Assembly (NCBI RefSeq): GCF_036365525.1
Contig: NC_090404.1
Coordinates: 40,047,497-40,111,496 of the forward strand
Origin: Heterodontus francisci
Taxonomy: Eukaryota
DNA length: 64,000 nucleotides
Direction: 5' to 3'
Shown in pieces: positions 36,736-50,452 of the stretch; the first letter of the stretch is position 1, and each line of letters opens with the position of its first letter. Below the pieces are notes generated by a model that saw only the letters and a program-made list of their open reading frames with translations, ran no database searches and had not been told where the DNA came from. The translations under genes and the position numbers were made by a program.

Positions 36736-37489
36736 TGAGCAGTGTATCTTACTCTGCCATCGATGCATGATGGATGCTGTTCATTCAGCTTGTGGTCAGA
36801 TGCACTAATTTAGTCAGCAAATTGGTATCTGTGTTTCTCATGATGCCAATTTGTGAGTGGACCCCGCTTCATTCATCAGAGTTGGCTCACGTCCGGTTGT
36901 ACAGTGTTAACAGGCTGTGTTTCACTTTGTTATCAAGCTATCTCTGGGTCACCTAATCCCACAATATCTCATCAGCTAAGGAAGTGCATATGGACACGTA
37001 TAACCAACCCATGTTCAGCTCTCGCTTTCACATTGTAAAATTAAGAGGAATTTGCTTAGGGTGTTGAATTTATCCCCTAGTCAGCTGTTGTTAAGAAGAT
37101 ATGACCTGTCTGTTCAATCTAGAATAAAACTTCAGACTGTAACCCAGGATTTGAGATCTTTGAATTTATAAAATGACAACATTTACTCTATGTCGGGTCA
37201 GTGATTCCTGTGGTTATGATAATTTTGGACTCAGGCTCCAACTGTCTGAACGTAATGCAAATATAAAGGTCCCCCTCTAATCACTACAAATATCCCCCAT
37301 CCCCACTAACTCCCCCCACAGCCACACACCCCTCACCCCCCACCCACCACACACACAAAGAAGCCTCGGCTAGGATTACCATAACCCTATAACTACATAA
37401 GCCAAGACTTGACTTGAAATACACTGCTGTTCAATAAATGATATTAGATAAGTCCAGCAACAACAGGCTAGTCATTTTAACTGTAATGG

Positions 37490-38640
37490 TGGGAATGCTT
37501 TTTAGAAACGCTGATCCAGGACAGAATTAACAGTCACTTGGACAAATGTGGAATATTTAAGGAAAGACAGCAAGGATTTGTTAAGGGGAAATCGTGTTTG
37601 ACTAACTTGATTGAGTTTTTGATGAGGTAGCAGAGAGGGTTGATGAAGGTAATGCATCTGATGTGATGTATATAGAATTCCAAAAGGCGTTTCTTAAAAT
37701 GCTACATAAGATGCTTTTCCACAAAGTTGAAACCCATGGAATAATAGGGATAGTGGTAGCATGGATACAAAGTTGGCTGAATTATAGGAATCAGAGAATA
37801 GTGGTGAATGGTTCGTTTTCAGATTGTAAGAGCATATAAAGTGAAGTTCTCCAGGGGGTCAGTACTAGGACCACTGCTTTACTTGATAGATATTAATGAC
37901 CATGACTATGGTATGCCGGACACAATCTTAAAATTTGCGAATGAGACAAAACTGGGCAATATTGTGAATTGTAAGAAAGATGGTGATAGACTTCAACAGC
38001 GAATAGACAGCCTATTGTAATGGGCGGAGAAGTGGCAGATTAAACATAATTCAGAGATGTGAAGTGATAAATTTTGCTTGGAAAAACGAGGAAAGCCAAT
38101 GGAAACTAAAGGGTAAAATTCTAAAGGGGATGCAGGATGAGAGAGACCTGGGGCAGAGCAGGTTGAGAAAGTGCATAAAGAAAGGCAGACGGGATCCTCG
38201 GCCTTATAAATAAAGGCACAGAGTATGAAAGAAAGGAAGTTATGGTGAACCTTTATAAAACACTGTTTCGATCTCAATTGGAGTATTGCGCCAAATTCTG
38301 GGCACCACAGTTTAGGAAGGAAGTGAAGACATTAGAAAAGATGTGGAAAACATTTATGAGAATGGTTCCAGAGAGGCAAAACCTTTTTTATGCAGCGAGT
38401 GGTTATGATCTGGTATGTATTCCCTGAGAGTGTGGTGGAAACACATTCAATCCAAAAGGATTCAAAACTGTCCTCACAATTGGATAAGCACCGGAAGAGA
38501 AAAAGGAAATGCAGTGCTATAGGAACAAGCAGGGGAGTGGGACTAGGTGAGTTGCTCTGGCAGCGATCCAGCATGGATACTGCAGTCTGAATGATCTCCT
38601 TCAGTGCTGCTTGGATTCTATGATTTGATGGTTCTATGAT
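37490..38640 (+). mobile_element. Degenerate CR1 LINE
   Basis: GSVLGPLL, KFANETKLG and LYKTLFRSQLEYCAKFW motifs. Confidence 0.85.
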
Positions 38641-39954
38641 TGTCAGTAGTAGGGAATTGTTAACTTCAGTTTTATCGCTGAATCCAAGACAGAAAGCATA
38701 AAGTAAGCAGACATTTTGTGTTTCTGTTCCAGAATATTGGAGACATCTTATAGGAATATACGATATGATGTGCTATTGATTCCACAATACAATACCAGCC
38801 GAGTAAATAGATAATTGTAACAGTAATATATCAAATCTTGAGTATGAAACCTAAGAGTATGGCAGCACCAGCCTGGTAAATAACAACTAAATCTATTAAC
38901 AGTGAGGTGGGTCTAACCTTATTGTGCAGATGGTAATGTAAAATAATGAATTGAAATCCGAAAACAGAACTTGTCTTTATCTAAAATAAAAGCATAATAT
39001 TGTAGATGCTGGAAATCTGAAATAAAAACAGAAAGTGCTGGAAATACTCAACAGGTTAGACAGTATCTGTGGAGACAGAAGCAGAGTTAAAGTTTCATGT
39101 CAGTGACCTTTCATCAAAACTGGCAAAGGTTAGAAAAGAATTATGTTTTAACTGAGTGAAGGAGGGGGTGGGGAGGGTATGGTGGTGGGGTAGTGGGGAA
39201 GAGAACAAAAGGAAAGGTCTGTGAAAGGGCAGAGGGCAGGAGAGGTGAAATAACAAAGCTGTCCTGGGATATAGGCAGAGTGTGTTAATGCTTGTAATTA
39301 AAGACGAAGCATCAGTGTAGAGAGAGTGTGAACGGCAGAAAAAATGAAGCTTGTCTGTATCTACTTTGCTGCAAAATGTTGATAGATTTCAGCTTTCGAG
39401 CATAAACTGCGCTGATCAGGCAAAGATGCATCTTAAGCCAAAATATCAGCCCGCTTCAGTTTTCCTGCTGATTTTGGAACTGAATTTCGCATGTGAACTG
39501 CAAGGGATTTAATTCTATAATCAGGACACACTTCTGTTCAAAAGTTGCCGAGTTTATTTCTTTTAAGTAGATTTTCATTAATTATTGTCATTATCAGCTG
39601 CCAAAAGACAAATTAATTTTAATCACACGCTCTTATCAGTGTCATAAAGCATTTTTTCCCTACTGGAACATGAAAAGCATGGATATATAACGTCTTTAAT
39701 CAATCCTCTCTCCTGTATACTCTGCCTGACCTCTACTATCACCACACAATACATGCCTTTCTCCATTGTTCAGAAATTCACTTTAACGGGCATCGGGCTA
39801 GTTGACATTTGAGCTACTTTCTCATATACAGTCATTCAGCTTCTGATGCATTATTTACCTCGTGGTTACCGGTTTTCAGGTTAGTTCAGTTCTTTGTATG
39901 TATTCTGTTTTCACCATGAACACATTTATACCAATATCCATCTATTTATTCTAG

Positions 39955-40112
39955 AAACTCCTCAAATAATGGAAAATCCAGAAGACCTCGAGGTAGAGGA
40001 AGAAAGATTAGAAAATTTCGATGAGGATGCAAACTCTGCTGCAACAGTGATCGCTTTTGTCATCCTGTTTATCCTCAGTGTATTGTACAGCACATTTGCA
40101 ACCGTCCTTAAG
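39955..40112 (+). CDS. IgNAR: IgNAR membrane exon TM1 (acidic spacer + transmembrane helix)
   Basis: CTAG| acceptor in phase 1; ETPQIMENPEDLEVEEERLENFDEDANSAATVIAFVILFILSVLYSTFATVLK with the Ig TM (CART) motif F-x-L-S-x-x-Y-S-T; donor AAG|GTAATA. Confidence 0.93.
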
Positions 40113-41089
40113 GTAATAACAAATTTCAATAGCACTGTGACATTGTGCAAATTGACTAGGAAGTTGGGTTTATACCTTGGATGTAGCTAAGGTGAAAATA
40201 ATGAACTAAATATTCCAAAAGAATAATAATTCCTCCTGTCCCACAGTATAAGATTGGACTTCATCAGTCCTTTCCATGTGATTAACTGGCACATTTACTA
40301 AACTTCCTGAATAAGATGACTTGGCCGAGGAATACATGCAGACGAGAATTAATATAACATATAGGAAGCAGCAGACATCAATAATGGAAAGAATTACTTT
40401 ACAAGTAGATTGTCGGTCATTAGAAGCAAAACAACAGGAAAAATATTTACTAAATGTTTATGAGTAACAAGCCAGAAATAGTTAGCGAACCATCCCGAGA
40501 ATAATGAACATAATAGTTTTGAGACAGAGAGAGAGAAAGGATGACCACAAGCAAAGGTTTGCAAGTAAAGCTGGATCACCATGAAGAGAGGTGGAAAGCA
40601 TTGATTTCAGAATGATGGGATGTTGATAACTGTGAAGTGATGAAGAAAGCATTGACCATGGAAGGCAGGAGAAAATTGCAGTTGTTAAATCGATGAAAAA
40701 ACGGTGCAATTTATTCAAGAAGTTGATCAGCGAACACAAAATACTCAATCACAGAAAGAGAAATTCTAAATGGGGGATCACATTACCTTGAAAGACAACA
40801 ATTCGTGCCAGTATCAAACCAAAATATGGAAGGTTAAGGCATAAAGATTGTCAGGTTTGACAGCCGGCAGCATTATAAAACCAGCAAAAAAAAGATATAA
40901 TGAAATTATAAAATGCAATGTGTGGTAGGAAACAATTTCTGGGGATGTGAAGGATGATATCAAATGTTTTATAGTTACATAAAGAAAAATAAGTAAGTTA
41001 AAAGTGCATGTGAGGATGTTACACAGGAACATGGGAAACATTGGCCATGGAAGGATAGGAGAAAATTGCAGCAGTTAAATCGACGAACC

Positions 41090-42540
41090 TGCTCCGCAAC
41101 TGAGTTAGATAATGGCTGGTCCGTATCTTAACTAGATACATACAACTTCGTTGCATGTCTTTTAATAATCTTACCTAACATAAAGGTATCAACCTTGGGT
41201 TTTGAATTTTTTTAAATTGGCTCCCAACCTCAACAGCTTTTAGGGAAAATAATTCCAGATTTCCACTACCATTTGTTTGAAGAAATATTTCCTGGCATTA
41301 TCCCCGAACGGTCTCACGCTAATTTTAATATTATTCCTGCCTTGTTCTGGACTCCCTCATCAGAGGATAGAATTTCTCTCTATGTAGTATGTAGCCGAAT
41401 AAATTCTTCAGTCATACTCAACAGCTCAATGAGATGAAAGCAAAATACTGCAGATGCTGGAAATCTGAAATAAAAACAAGAAATGCTGGTAATACTCCGC
41501 AGGTCTGGCAGCTTCTGTGGAGAGAGCAGCAGAGAGAAGCTTCTCTCTCTACAGATGCTGCCAGACCCGCTGAGTATTTCTAGCATTCCTTGTTCTTAGC
41601 TCAAATAGATGACCACTTAATCTTTTCTATTTCAGAAAACACAATCCGAATCTATGCAACCTGTCCTCATAATTGCAATGCTTTCAGCCCCAGTACGGAC
41701 AATCAATGCTGCACCCTCTTCAAAACCAATATATCTCTCCTGAGGGTCTGTGCCCATAACTGAGTGTAATAATTATAGAGTTATAGAGTCATTTACAGCA
41801 GAGAAGGAGACCATTCAGCCTATTGAGCCAATGCCGGTTCTCCATGGATCTATGTGTCCCACTTCCCAGCTCAATCCCCATAGCCCTGTAAGACTATTTC
41901 TCTCAGGTGGCCATCTAACTTCTTCTTGAAGTCATTGATCATCTCCCCTTTCACCACCCTCTGAGCAGCAAGTTCTACTTCATTACCACCCGCTGCGTTA
42001 AAAATTATATATTCCCCTGCATCGTTTGCCAAAAACTGTCTCCCCATCTGTGTCAGAGCTTTATACAAATACAGAAGAACTTCCACCCCTTTGAATTCCA
42101 GCCCCCTTGAGATAGAAGCCAACACTCTATTACCTTTTTAATCATTGTTCATACCTGTCCGCAAGTATGTCGTGATTTCTACAATTGGATGCCTACATTT
42201 CTCTGCTCCTCCACAATTCCCAGATTCTCATCATGTTTGAAAAATCTGGTCTGTCTTCCTCAACTCCAAACTAAATGCCTCACACTTCCCCACACGGAAT
42301 TTCATTTACCACTGTTTTGGCTAATCATTTAATCCACTGAAGTCCCTTTGCAATGTCCTGTTCCCATCTACATATTTACCGCTCTACTTAGTGTCGTTAG
42401 TAAACTTGGATCTCCTGCTCTCTTTTCATCTACATCGTTGATAAATATACTGAAAAACTGATCGACCCGTACAGATCCCCTAGGAACTTCACTTGTCACA
42501 TTCTTCAAATGGAACATATTCCTGTTATCAACTACTCTTT
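41090..42540 (-). mobile_element. Nested degenerate CR1 3' fragments in the TM1-TM2 intron
   Basis: SRGLEFKGVEVLLYLYKAL and FKKKLDGHL motifs. Confidence 0.7.
41437..41598. repeat. Hairpin form of an abundant shark repeat (GATGCTGGAAATCTGAAATAAAAAC family; also ~22363-22490 and ~38985-39130), possibly Penelope-derived
   Basis: Three similar copies in the window; this copy folds back (GGTCTGGCAGCTTCTGTGGAGAGAG / CTCTCTCTACAGATGCTGCCAGACC). Confidence 0.65.
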
Positions 42541-43950
42541 GTCTCTGACATCGTCACCAATTCCCTACCTAAATCAATAGGTTACATTCAATTCTATGCG
42601 GCCTCAATTGCATTTAAAATAGAGTGTGGGTCCACATCAGTGGAGGATAAGGACAATGATAAACAACAACAAAAGTAATATTTTGCTACTGCCTTCAAAA
42701 ACAAATGGACCATATGTTATCTAAACTGCTTGGAGCATTATAGTGTAGGATTTATAGCATTCTAGGAGATTGCTTTTCATGGAAAAAGAACATGATCAAA
42801 GTCAAACTATTAGAATTGGAACCAGTCAGAACCTCCTGATGAAGACAGGATTCATAGGAGCTCATTGCCCAATTAATCCTGCCCTCTTAAATTGAGGCTT
42901 AACTCGTAGATTACATTTGGGTTTAACTCTGTGGAAAGCCATTGCAGTGACACTACTTTTGACAGAGAGTCAGAAAATGCACCTAAAACTAAACAAGCTG
43001 CAATTCATCAAAATGTAAACAATTAAAGTAAAATGTGAATGATAGCGTGTCTTTTCTTTCTTTTTCTGTCTCCCTCTCTCTATACATGCATCTACCTAAC
43101 TCTATTTCTTACATACGCACACGTATAGAATTCCCATGGCATTACAGAAGGAAAATCGAGAGTAAGTGTTGTCTTCATGGGTAGAGAGTTGGAGATAATT
43201 AGACAAGGGTGCGAGACTGTAATTCAGTTCCTCGTCCAATGTCAGTCATTCTGCCCTTAATTTCCTACTGTCATCATCAATTCTTCATTCCTTATTTCAA
43301 ATATAGAGTGTAAATCTGCATTATCACGCTGTCTTTACACATATCAGCCATTAATAATACTACAATGCCTTTGAGCATCTCTCCAGTCCTTTGATCGCAC
43401 TACAGGGAACGTTCTTTACTTCAACCAACTGCACTTTTCTACTCCCGCAATTCCGGCATGTTTTACAATTTAGCTGTCATATCGCTCATTTTAATTCAAA
43501 GTATTATCTAAAACATAGGACATGGTACATAACATTAAGTCGGAAATGCATACACTTACTCACCACGTGAGAACAATACCTCTAAACACTTCACCGGAAG
43601 GCTTGGAAACTTAGAGACGATACTAGATTCGTTCTGAGTTCCGCAACAATTCACATGAACAGCTGTATTTTACTGGAAGTTGTATCTATGTATGACAGGT
43701 AACAAATGATTCCCTTGTAATTTAAACACTCACGGAGATACACGACTAGTGAGGTTTTCAGGACTCAGGGCTTGTGGTCAATCATTTTTAGAGGGTAGCT
43801 GTGAAAGTTCAGAAATATCCTCCCATTTCACAACAGTAGCCAATCATTTTGCTTTCGGTTGCATGCTTTTGACTATTCAGTGTAATTACACCTTAGCTGT
43901 CTCACTCTGGTACTCACTGGTTTAACATTCTGTTTTTTTTTTCACTGCAG

Positions 43951-43959
43951 GTGCACTAG
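43951..43959 (+). CDS. IgNAR: IgNAR membrane exon TM2 (V-H-stop; cytoplasmic tail KVH)
   Basis: Strong acceptor TTCTGTTTTTTTTTTCACTGCAG| followed by GTG CAC TAG; parallels the KVK tail of IgM TM2. Confidence 0.8.
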   Translation: MH

Positions 43960-45533
43960 CGGCTGCTTTGCCAGAAGGCACTTCCGGTTTGTATTCAAGG
44001 CTTGTGTGGGAACTTTCATCAGATGCTGAGGACAGACAGGACTGAATTGCTTCACTTTCTCACTGTTATTGTCTGCTCCACTGCACCACTTCATCTTATA
44101 TAGTCTCAGCCAAACCATGAAAACTGTTTGCTTCATTTTCTACCAATACCTCATGCCTTAACTCTTGCTTCATTATGCAGTAGTGTTAAATAGAATTCCT
44201 CATAACTGCAACAAACCAGTGAACTGGGAAAATCCCGCAGATTCAATTAAACTAAACTGAGGAGAAATTATTATTATGTGTTAGCAGCATCTTGAAATAG
44301 TGGGAGTGTTTCCTCTGTCTGTTATTAGCTAAATATGTGATCACGATGTCACTGGGAATAGTAAACAGATAAACGTTCCTACCACGTTTGTGAGCTTGTA
44401 GACACACTGCCATGGGTGCAGATCTTCCCCGTTAATCTTGGATTGCGCTGTACAGAGGGTCCAGGGATTCCCTATGGGCAAGAACAAAAAACGCATTGAA
44501 ATAATCCGAAAATCACGTGGTTGTACAGATTGCAAACAAAATCTGTAGAAAGAGTAAGAATTGCTCTGGTCGCTGTTTGCATTGATAACCCAGCTGTATT
44601 TGTGAAAATTTCCTCTGCTCAGCATTTCTTGCGGAATCAGGAAGCGATCGTAGCTGAATGTGGTAATGATTTTGTTACTGATCCATAACAGAGGAAATCT
44701 CCAAGAGTATCTTTACGTTCTCTCTACATATGGCGCACAGAGGAGCACAGTGGTACATCGTCCTTTACCAATGTAAAACAAGGAAGATCTGCATTGATTT
44801 CTGACAGAGTCTCAGAGCCTTATATCCATGTAGAACCCCAATGGAAACTAAAGAACACCGTGACTGCCCTTTAACACATGTCAGGAAAAGTGTTGTAAAT
44901 CTGATGCCTTTTTTCAACCCATGGTTAAGAATTCCTCAGGAGGTTTGTTCCCGCGAGATCATATCTGCCTGCAAATCAATGTCTCTGAGGCCCTATTTCT
45001 GACATTTTAAGAAATGGTCCATTCACGATCTGCCAAGACATACTAAGCAGGGACAACCAACATCAGAGCCTGTACAACGTCACTACCCAGAGCTAAAAGA
45101 TGGAGTCTCCCTTCTATAATAATTCAGATAAAAATCCTGGATTACCTTGATTATCTCCAGAATTGCTACATAAATTGAATGAAAATGCGATTTTAGAATC
45201 CATTTTGTTTTTAATGTAATATAGGGACATAAGGAACAGGAATAGGCCATTCAGTAACTCGCGCCTGCTCAGCCATCCAATTAGATCATGGCTGATCTGT
45301 CCCCGAACTCCATTGCCTTGCCTTGGTTTAAGATCCTTTGGTGCCTTTCCTGACAGTATTTGCACCGGTTTGCTGAATTGAATTTTAAGAAATAATGGGG
45401 ACTTGTGTCTAATTCCTAATTTTTTGGAAATTGAATGGTCTTATGCTAATTTTATGCTCATATTTGAATGTTACTACTGTGTTATCGTTCATTCATTACT
45501 TTTCGACTCTGTAAATGCAAAGCTTTAGAATAT

Positions 45534-45579
45534 AATAAAATACATTGCTGCATTCTGTTATTCAATTTTTTTAAATAAA
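45534..45579 (+). terminator. Candidate polyadenylation signals for membrane IgNAR mRNA
   Basis: AATAAA at 45534-45539 and 45574-45579, the first I see downstream of TM2; implies a ~1.6-kb 3' UTR. Confidence 0.5.
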
Positions 45580-47542
45580 TGCCCTCAGTTTAAAACTAGC
45601 ACTTTTTATACCCTTTATTCACCTTTTAGTTTGATGATTAAGTTAGTGAAACTCATCTATAAGTATCATAAACGCTACACCTGAAAATAGAGCCACCTGG
45701 GTATTAAAATTAATCGAATAGCCAGCTTACCGAATCCCAGTTATTTACTGCTGATATTATGACCAGACAATCCGGAGGATTGAGTGTGTTACTGGAGCGT
45801 GAGAAATAATCAGGACAATTAACCCAATCTCACTATTAACGGAATAAGAATTAATACAACAAGATCCATGTATCTAAGACATTGAGTATTCAGTCTTAGC
45901 ATCAGTTTCTGGTGATTATTATGATGAATTGATTCATTCATTAACAACACAGAAATCTAATTAACAATGCACCGAAATGACTCTTTCAATACAACACAGC
46001 TGCTGAACTAACAACTGGAAATTGCTGCTTGTGATGTTCCCCTACACGGATTAGTGCCTCTCTGTGGCTCTCCCTTATTACATTATTTGAAATTTGAAGC
46101 CATTTAATGAAAAACTGTCGTGTCTCCATTGATACAATATTCAAAGGCTATTGCACCAAGGTATTGCTGCACTAATATCACAATCAGCAACTTCCAGTGG
46201 CACAGCATTAAAATGATCAGAAAGATTAAGCACGTAAACTTTTCTTGGTATTATTTCATTGTTTCATACCTTCTCATGGTGCCCCATTATCCCTGTTTTA
46301 TGGCAAGAGTTGACATGTTTATTTGAAATGTTTTCCCTAATTTACAACAGCACCTTTCATTTATATAGCCCTGCTACGTTGTAAAATGTCCCAAGTCGCT
46401 TCATAGGAGCGTGATGAAACAGATATTGACACCAAGCCACATAAGGGGATTATAAGGTATAAAATAAAGTAAATACTCGCTAATAGTTCATTAAACAGCT
46501 GATCAAAGTTGCACCCTGCTTGGACCTTCTACAACTTTGCAGGGGAATCTTTGATGGAACCTCCAAAGTTATGGCGACGGAGCCAGGCGATCCTGTAATG
46601 AAATTCCCTGCAGACAGAGTCTTCACCATTTTGCAGGAATTTTATTTGAGTGTTACACGGGCGGAAGCACAGTCCTGCTGAAAATAAATAGGTTCACATG
46701 CGTTCTAAAACTGGAATTTTCCACACGCTGAGAAATCACCGGGAAGTTACTATCCCTCAGTGCATCAAAAAGCAGAGGAAAGCAAGCAAAAGCGTGACAT
46801 TAAGTCCGATAGCCTGAAGGCATGTAAGTGAAGTCTAGGAGCAGGGGGATGGGATCCAATAAAAATTGTTGCCAATTGCTGTTATTGTCAGAACACATTA
46901 ACCTGCACCAGGCTTCACCAACCTGCTTCTTCCCATTCATATAATCTGAAACAACGCCAGCGAATTCACCCTGAGTAATATCTGCGCTAGTTTGGGCAGG
47001 TGTCAAGTATCTGTTTCAAATGGAAGGGTTAACAGAACAACAACATACTACTGAAAAGGAACTCATGAGAACTTCCTGAACAATTCCGTAACACAATTTT
47101 AACCCTTGACCTTTAAAAAAACCAGAAACTAAAGCCAATTTACCAGCTGACAGAATGATTTGTCACAATGTCACCAGAGCTCAGTTTGTGATCTCCCTTA
47201 ATGGTGTATTTGTGCCAAGAACCTTCATTTTCTCTGACTGTATAAAGCTCCATCTAGTGACCAATTGCTGCCATTGGAGTAATATCAGAGCAGAGGAACA
47301 TCCAGGTCCAATGCAGGCAGTTCCTCCATTCAATTAGATCATGACTAATCACTGTCCCGCCTGCATTTATCCACCTTAGATCTATATCTCTTGATACCCT
47401 CACCTGCCAAATACCTATCGAACTCAGTCTTGAAAATTTTAATTTTCAGGATCCATTAACTTTTGATGGTGGGCTCCAGATTTCCAGGACCTTATGCAGA
47501 AGAAACCACTTCCTAATTTCACTCGTGAATGATCTACTCTCG

Positions 47543-49998
47543 ACATGGGCGAGAGTAACAGGGTAGTTGTTACGGGGGACTTTAACTTCCCAAATATTGA
47601 CTGGAAATACAATAGTTCGAGTACTTCAGATGGGACAGTTTTTGTCCAGTGTGTGCAGGAGGGTTTTCTGACACAGTATGTAGACAGGTCAATCAGAGGC
47701 GATGCCACATTGGATTTGGTACTGGGTAATGAACCCGTCCAGGTGTTAGATTTAAATGTAGGTGAGCACTTTGGTGATAGTGATCACAATTCGGTTAGGT
47801 TTACCTTAGCGATGGGCAGGGACAGGTATATACCACAGGGCAAGAATTATAGCTGGGGGAAAGGAAATTATGATGCGATTAGGCAAGATTTAGGATGCGT
47901 AGGATGGGGAAGGAAACTGCAGGGGATGGGAACAATCGAAATGTGGAGCTTATTCAAGGAGCAGCTACTGCGTGTCCTTGATAAGTATATACCTGTGAGG
48001 CAGGGAGGAAGTTGTTGAGCGAGGGAGCCGTGGTTTACTAAAGAAGTTGAAGCGCTTGTCAAGAGGAAGAAGGCGGCTTATGTTAGGATGAGACGTGAAG
48101 GCTCAGTTAGGGCGCTTGAGAGTTACAAGCCAGACAGGAAGGATCTAAAGGGAGAGCTAAGAAGAGCAAGGAGAGGACACGAGAAGTCATTGGCGGAAGG
48201 ATCAGGGAAAACCCTAAGGCTTTCTATAGGTATATCAGGAATAAAAGAATGACTAGAGTTAGATTAGGGCCAATCAAGGATAGTAGTGGGAAGTTGTGTG
48301 TGGAATCAGAGGAGATAAGGGAAGCGTTAAATGAATATTTTGCGTCAGTATTTACAGTAGAGAAAGAAAATGTCGAGGAGAATACTGAGATTCAGACTAC
48401 TAGGCTAGATGGGATTGAGGTTCACAAGGAGGAGGTGTTATCAATTTTGGAAAGTGTGAAAATATATAAGTCCCCTGGGCCAGATGGGATTTATCCTAGG
48501 ATTCTCTGGGAAGCTAGGGAGGAGATTGCAGAGCCTTTGTCCTTGATCTTTATGTCGTCATTGTCGACAGGAATAGTGCCAGAAGACTGGAGGATAGCAA
48601 ATGTTGTCCTCTTGTTCAAGAAGGGGAGTAGAGACAGCCCTGGTAATTATAGACCTGTGGGTAAAATGTTGGAAAAGGTTATAAGAGACAGGATTTATAA
48701 TCATCTTGAAAAGAATAAGTTCATTAGCGATAGTCAGCACGGTTTTGTGACGGGTAGGTCGTGCCTCATAAACCTTATTGAGTTTATCGAGAAGGTGACC
48801 AAACAGGTGGATGAGGGTAAAGCAGTGGATGTGGTGTATATGGATTTCAGTAAGGCGTTTGATAAGGTTCCCCACGGTAGGCTATTGCAGAAAATACGGA
48901 AGTATGGGGTTGAAGGTGATTGAGAGCTTTGGATCAGAAATTGTCTAGCTGAAAGAAGACAGAGGGTGGTGGTTGATGGCAAATGTTCATCTTGGAGTTT
49001 AGTTACTCGTGGTGTACCGCAAGGCTCTGTTTTGGGGCCACTGCTGTTTGTCATTTGTATAAATGACCTGGAAGAGGGTGTAGAAGGGTGGGTTAGTAAA
49101 TTTGCGGATGACACTAAGGTCGGTGGAGTTGTGGATAGTGCCGAAGGATGTTGTAGGGTACAGAGGGACATAGATAGGCTGCAGAGCTGGGCTGAGAGAT
49201 GGCAAATGGAGTTTAATGCGGAAAAGTGTGAGGTGATTCACTTTGGCAGGATTAACAGGAATGCAGAGTACTGGGCTAATGGGAAGATTCTTGGTAGTGT
49301 AGATGAACAGAGAGATCTTGGTGTCCAGGTGCATAAATCCCTGAAGGTTGCTACCCAGGTTAATAGGGCTGTTAAGAAGGCATATGGTGTGTTAGCTTTT
49401 ATTAGTAGGGGGATCGTGTTTCGGAGCCACGAGGTCATGCTGCAGCTGTACTAAACTCTGGTGAGACCGCAGCTGGAGTATTGCGTGCAGTTCTGGTCAT
49501 CACATTATAGGAAGGATGTGGAAGCTATGGAAAAGGTGCAGAGGAGATTTACTAGGATGTTGCCTGGTATGGAGGGAAGTTCTTACGAGGAAAGGCTGAG
49601 GGACTTGAGGTTGCTTTCGTTGGAGAGAAGGAGGAGGAGAGGTGACTTAATAGAGACATATAAGATAATCAGAGGGTTAGATCGGGTGGATAGTGAGAGT
49701 CTTTTTCCTCGGATGGTGATGGCAAACACGAGGGGACATAGCTTTAAGTTGAGGGGTGATAGATATAGGACAGATGTCAGAGGTAGTTTCTTTACTCAGA
49801 GAGCAGTAGGGGCGTGGAACGCCCAGCATGCAGCAGTATTAGACTCGCCAACTTTAAGGGCATTTAACTGGTCATTGGAGATACATATGAATGAAAATGG
49901 AATAGTGTAGGTCAGATGGTTTCACAGGTCGGCGCAACATCGAGGGCCGAAAGGCCTGTACTGCACTGTAATGTTCTAATTCTAATTCTAATTCTAAT
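47543..49998 (+). mobile_element. Young 5'-truncated CR1 LINE (EN C-terminus + RT, with stops/frameshifts), inserted in an older minus-strand CR1
   Basis: GDFNFPNIDW, SDHN, KSPGPDG, QHGF, DFSKAFDKVPH, GVPQGSVLGP, FADDTK; (TTCTAA)n tail. Confidence 0.96.
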
Positions 49999-50452
49999 TG
50001 TATGTTTGTGTCTCTTTGTTCGAGAATATTCCAAGCAAACTAAATAGTTTCTCCATCTCTAGCCTGTTTTATCATTTTAATCACTTCCATTAGATCACTG
50101 CTCTTCCTTCTAAACTTAAAGGAATACAACCGAAGCTTGAGCAATCTGCTCTTGCAACTTAATTCTTTAAACATTTTGTTAAATCTTCACAATACACACC
50201 CAAGGTCAATGGAGGTATGGTGCTCAGAAATGAACACAGTATTTCACATGGGGTCTGAGCAAGACCCGATACAACTGAAACAGAACTTCCTCTCCTTTTT
50301 ATTTCAGCTTCATTCATCTAAAGGCCAACAATCATTTTAGTTTATTGTATACTTATTGTGTTTGCCCACTAATCTTTATAGAGTTGTGCACATGGTCACC
50401 TCAAATTCTTTGCTCAGGTTCAGTTCCTCACCTGTCACTTTTGGCTTTCTCA

